Source: Longimicrobiales bacterium (GTDB lineage: Bacteria; Gemmatimonadota; Gemmatimonadetes; Longimicrobiales; Gaopeijiaceae). Taken from it: DNA of 64,000 nucleotides. The number at the start of each line of letters is the position of its first letter. Positions within the stretch are counted from its first letter, which is position 1. Position numbers and translations under genes: made by a program. The notes beneath the pieces were generated by a model, which searched no databases, was not told where the DNA came from, and saw nothing but the letters and a program-made list of their open reading frames with translations. Shown piece after piece: positions 60,588 through 64,000 of this stretch. The stretch covers positions 160,001 to 224,000 of the forward strand of contig CBDCKN010000009.1 in the NCBI GenBank assembly GCA_965218295.1, read 5' to 3'.

Positions 60588-61985
60588 ATGAAGGCTAGAG
60601 AAGTGAGGGATCTCGGCATTCCTGCAGGCGAACCAGTTCAGGTCGCGCTAAAGGCAATCGGACGGGCCAGAAAGAGCGGCCTCGACATGGCCACGATTCG
60701 CGATCGGATTCGCAACCTGGCGGCCGATCCCGAGACGTTTCGAGATAGCGCGACCTTCGGCGAGTTGGCGGCTGCTGTGCTGGCAAAGATGGAGGCGCGA
60801 AGGTCCTACGTTCCCAGAGCCGAGTCGGCGCCCTACCGCCAGTGGGGCCAAGACATCGAGCCTGAGTCGGTGCGACAACTCGAGAACGCGTGCAAGCTTC
60901 CAGTGGCCGTGCGAGGGGCGCTCATGCCGGATGCGCACCTGGGGTACGGCCTGCCGATCGGCGGTGTACTGGCCACTCGGAACGCGGTTATCCCCTACGC
61001 AGTCGGCGTCGATATCGCCTGCCGGATGAAGATGTCTGTCCTCGATCTCCCGGCGTCGATGCTCGAGGACGATGCGGACCGACTCAAAGGGGCGATCGAC
61101 AAGGAGACGCGGTTCGGAATCGGGGCAAACTTCCAGCATCGTCGAGAGCACGGCGTCATGGACGACGATTGGAGGGTTACCACGGTTACCAGCAAGGTCA
61201 AGGATAAGGCGTGGTCTCAGTTGGGAAGCTCCGGCAGCGGGAATCACTTCGTCGAGTTCGGGACTTTCGATGTCGACAACGACGATCTGGGCCTTGCGCC
61301 GGGCCAGTATCTCGCCCTGCTGAGCCACAGCGGGAGCCGTGGCGCGGGCGCGACCGTCGCAGGTCACTACAGCAAGATCGCCATGAGCCAACATTCGGAG
61401 CTGCCGGATGAGCTTTCCCATCTGTCGTGGCTGGACCTCGACTCTGAAGAGGGCCAGGAGTACTGGGAGGCGATGGAACTGATGGGCAGATATGCCGCGG
61501 CGAATCATGCCTGCATTCACCGGCACATCGCCGAACATCTAGGCGCTCAGGTGATGCTCGACCTTGAGAACCATCACAACTTCGCCTGGAAGGAGGAGCA
61601 TGACGGCGAGGCAGTGATCGTGCACCGCAAGGGAGCCACGCCGGCTGACAAAGGAGTGCTTGGTATCATCCTGGGCTCGATGGCCAGCGCGACGTATGTC
61701 GTGCGCGGCAAGGGGCACCCTGAGTCTTTGAACTCTGCCGCTCACGGAGCCGGACGAGTCATGAGTCGGACACGGGCCAAAAAGATGTTCAAGTGGTCGG
61801 ATGTCCAGAAGTATCTCGATGAGCGGGGAGTCACCTTGCTTTCGGCCGGGATCGATGAGGCCCCGATGGTCTACAAGGACATCGACGAGGTCATGGCGGC
61901 CCAGGCCGACCTTGTGGAGAGTTTAGCGCGGTTCCAGCCGAGTATCGTGAAGATGGCTCCGGCAGGCGAGCGTCCGGAAGATTGA
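60588..61985 (+). CDS. rtcB: RtcB RNA ligase
   Basis: MPDAH.G.G.PIG, VGVDIAC, GNHF.E, HSGSRG, HHN, HRKGA, HGAGR and DEAP..YK. Confidence 0.95.
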   Translation: MKAREVRDLGIPAGEPVQVALKAIGRARKSGLDMATIRDRIRNLAADPETFRDSATFGELAAAVLAKMEARRSYVPRAESAPYRQWGQDIEPESVRQLENACKLPVAVRGALMPDAHLGYGLPIGGVLATRNAVIPYAVGVDIACRMKMSVLDLPASMLEDDADRLKGAIDKETRFGIGANFQHRREHGVMDDDWRVTTVTSKVKDKAWSQLGSSGSGNHFVEFGTFDVDNDDLGLAPGQYLALLSHSGSRGAGATVAGHYSKIAMSQHSELPDELSHLSWLDLDSEEGQEYWEAMELMGRYAAANHACIHRHIAEHLGAQVMLDLENHHNFAWKEEHDGEAVIVHRKGATPADKGVLGIILGSMASATYVVRGKGHPESLNSAAHGAGRVMSRTRAKKMFKWSDVQKYLDERGVTLLSAGIDEAPMVYKDIDEVMAAQADLVESLARFQPSIVKMAPAGERPED

Positions 61986-62923
61986 GCTGGATGTTCGGCA
62001 TGCCAGGCCGGTCCTTTCACGGCCCCCTACCGGAACTGACCGAGGACGAGACCGAGCTGCGAGGCCGGCTCGAGTCCCATGTCCGGGCTCTCGCAGGCGA
62101 CATCGGAGAGCGCAACGTGCTCACGCCGAACGCTCTGGCTAGGGCAGAGGAGTACATCCGCCGCGCGTTCGATGGATCCGGATACCAGGTCGCCGAGCAG
62201 ACCTACGACATCCATCTCGAGCCTTCGCTGACCGTCCGCAATATCGAGGTGGAGATCTCCGGGACCGCCTCACCCGGTGATATTGTGATCGTTGGCGCAC
62301 ACTACGACACCGTGCCCGGTTGTGCCGGGGCCAACGACAACACGACCGGAGTGGCCGCCGTCCTTGAATTGCCCCGGCTGCTGTCCGCACGAACCATGGA
62401 CCGGACGGTCCGGCTCGTGGCCTTCGTGAACGAAGAACCCCCTTTCTCCCACACTGACCTGATGGGGAGTCGCGTGTATGCAAGAAGGTGCAGGGAGCGT
62501 GACGAGAACGTTGTAGCGATGCTCTCCCTGGAGACGATCGGGTTCTATGTTGACGAACCGGGAAGCCAGAAATACCCGTTCCCGCTCAGCCTCTTTTATC
62601 CGGACACAGGCAACTTCGTCGGGTTCGTCGGGAACCTGGGGTCACGCAGCCTGACGCGCCGAGCCATTCGCGCGTTCCGTGAGTCGACGGAGTTTCCTTC
62701 GGAAGGCATAGCCGCCCCGAGGTGGATCCCCGGGATAGGCTGGTCCGACCAGTGGTCCTTTTGGCGGGAGGGGTACCCGGGCGTCATGATCACCGATACC
62801 GCGCCCTTCCGGTACCCCTATTACCACACGCGTCAGGACACGCCGGACCGGATCGACTACGACCGACTTGCACGGGTCGTCATGGGCGTCTCCCGCGTCG
62901 TGGAGGTCCTCGCCTCCAGCTGA
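61982..62923 (+). CDS. M28 family peptidase
   Basis: GAHYD, GANDN.TG, NEEPP and YH...D. Confidence 0.9.
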   Translation: MSWMFGMPGRSFHGPLPELTEDETELRGRLESHVRALAGDIGERNVLTPNALARAEEYIRRAFDGSGYQVAEQTYDIHLEPSLTVRNIEVEISGTASPGDIVIVGAHYDTVPGCAGANDNTTGVAAVLELPRLLSARTMDRTVRLVAFVNEEPPFSHTDLMGSRVYARRCRERDENVVAMLSLETIGFYVDEPGSQKYPFPLSLFYPDTGNFVGFVGNLGSRSLTRRAIRAFRESTEFPSEGIAAPRWIPGIGWSDQWSFWREGYPGVMITDTAPFRYPYYHTRQDTPDRIDYDRLARVVMGVSRVVEVLASS

Positions 62924-63073
62924 GATCCGGGAACGGAGTGCAAGACGGAGTATCGAACGACCGTCCGCGGCCTGACCCCACTCGAGATCCAGGACTACAT
63001 CATCCGCTTGCGCACCCTCCAACGAGTATAGGATGTTGACCCAAGTCTGATCCTCCGATGCCGAGGACGTTCG

Positions 63074-64000
63074 ATGTCCAACCCCATCGCCCGCCTGAAC
63101 GCAGCGCTCTCTGCCCGCTACAGTATCGAGCGGGAACTCGGCGTCGGCGGCATGGCCACCGTCTATCTGGCGGACGACCTGCGCCACGAGCGGAAGGTCG
63201 CTCTGAAGGTGCTGAAACCCGAGCTGGCCGCCGTGGTCGGAGCCGAGCGGTTCCTGGCCGAGATCAAGACGACGGCGAACCTCCAGCATCCGCACATTCT
63301 GCCGCTCCACGACTCGGGCGAGGCCGATTCGTTCCTTTTTTATGTCATGCCGTACGTCGAGGGCGAGTCGTTGCGGGAGCGACTCGACCGCGAGAAGCAG
63401 CTCCCTATCGACGATGCGGTCGGGATCACGACCGCGTTGGCGGGTGCTCTGGATCACGCGCATCGGCACGGCGTGATTCATCGCGACATCAAGCCGGAGA
63501 ACATCCTGCTCCAGGACGGGCAACCGACGTTGGCGGATTTTGGGATCGCGTTGGCAGTGAGGGCGGCCGGCGGAACGCGGTTGACCGAGACCGGCATGTT
63601 CCTCGGCACGCCACATTACATGAGTCCCGAGCAGGCGATGGGAGATCGCGAGCTCGATGCCCGGTCCGATGTGTACTCGCTCGCATGTGTGACCTATGAG
63701 ATGTTGGTGGGCGAGCCGCCGCACACGGGGCCCACCGCGCAAGCCGTGGTGGCCAAGGTGTTGACCGAGCCGCCGTCGCAGATCGCGCTCGGGCGACCTA
63801 CGGTGCCGCCCCAAGTGGACGCAGCGGTGCACAGGGCGCTCGAGAAACTTCCGGCGGATCGGTTCGGGACGGCGCGAGAGTTCGCCGAGGCGCTAACGGA
63901 TGTCCGGATGGCGCTGGCCGCCGCCAGCTTCCCACCTTCCGGCGCCGAGCCGGCGGTCGTCGAATCGAGGAAGAGCATCGATCAAACCTTCGAGCTGACC
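63074..64000 (+). CDS. Hanks-type Ser/Thr protein kinase, runs off the window (absent from the ORF track)
   Basis: ELG.GGMATVY, VALK, HRDIKPEN, DFG and YMSPE. Confidence 0.95.
   Translation, partial: MSNPIARLNAALSARYSIERELGVGGMATVYLADDLRHERKVALKVLKPELAAVVGAERFLAEIKTTANLQHPHILPLHDSGEADSFLFYVMPYVEGESLRERLDREKQLPIDDAVGITTALAGALDHAHRHGVIHRDIKPENILLQDGQPTLADFGIALAVRAAGGTRLTETGMFLGTPHYMSPEQAMGDRELDARSDVYSLACVTYEMLVGEPPHTGPTAQAVVAKVLTEPPSQIALGRPTVPPQVDAAVHRALEKLPADRFGTAREFAEALTDVRMALAAASFPPSGAEPAVVESRKSIDQTFELT

Overview
GC-rich bacterial DNA, most likely Gemmatimonadota (Gemmatimonadota-type Ser/Thr kinase; Ig-like and LRR surface lipoproteins typical of sponge-associated lineages; taxonomy is inference). 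Bases 1-33 kb are a decayed, nested genomic island. It holds eukaryote-like LRR/Ig surface-protein genes, a stack of truncated IS elements (IS21, IS3, IS256, IS110, IS1595), an AbiE toxin-antitoxin pair, and an alpA-virB2-virB3-virB4' conjugation remnant. It also holds two P4-type integrases, a third tyrosine recombinase, a ColE1-like overlapping mobC/relaxase/mbeB/mbeD module with three oriT-like copies, and defence remnants (hsdR, DUF1998-type helicase, PIN, RES, yafQ, yeeB/yeeC). Bases 33-64 kb look like backbone: MFS, a SigK/RskA-DUF4331-TPR cluster, O-methyltransferase, a Tat-exported PLP enzyme, and FecI/FecR/TonB receptor genes (duplicated and fused to an IS256 transposase). Further right are an array of small lipoproteins sharing one promoter-leader-signal-peptide module, a MerA-like reductase, MscS, sat/cysC, rtcB, an M28 peptidase and a kinase. 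No rRNA, tRNA or CRISPR array was seen. Several single-base frameshifts may be sequencing errors.
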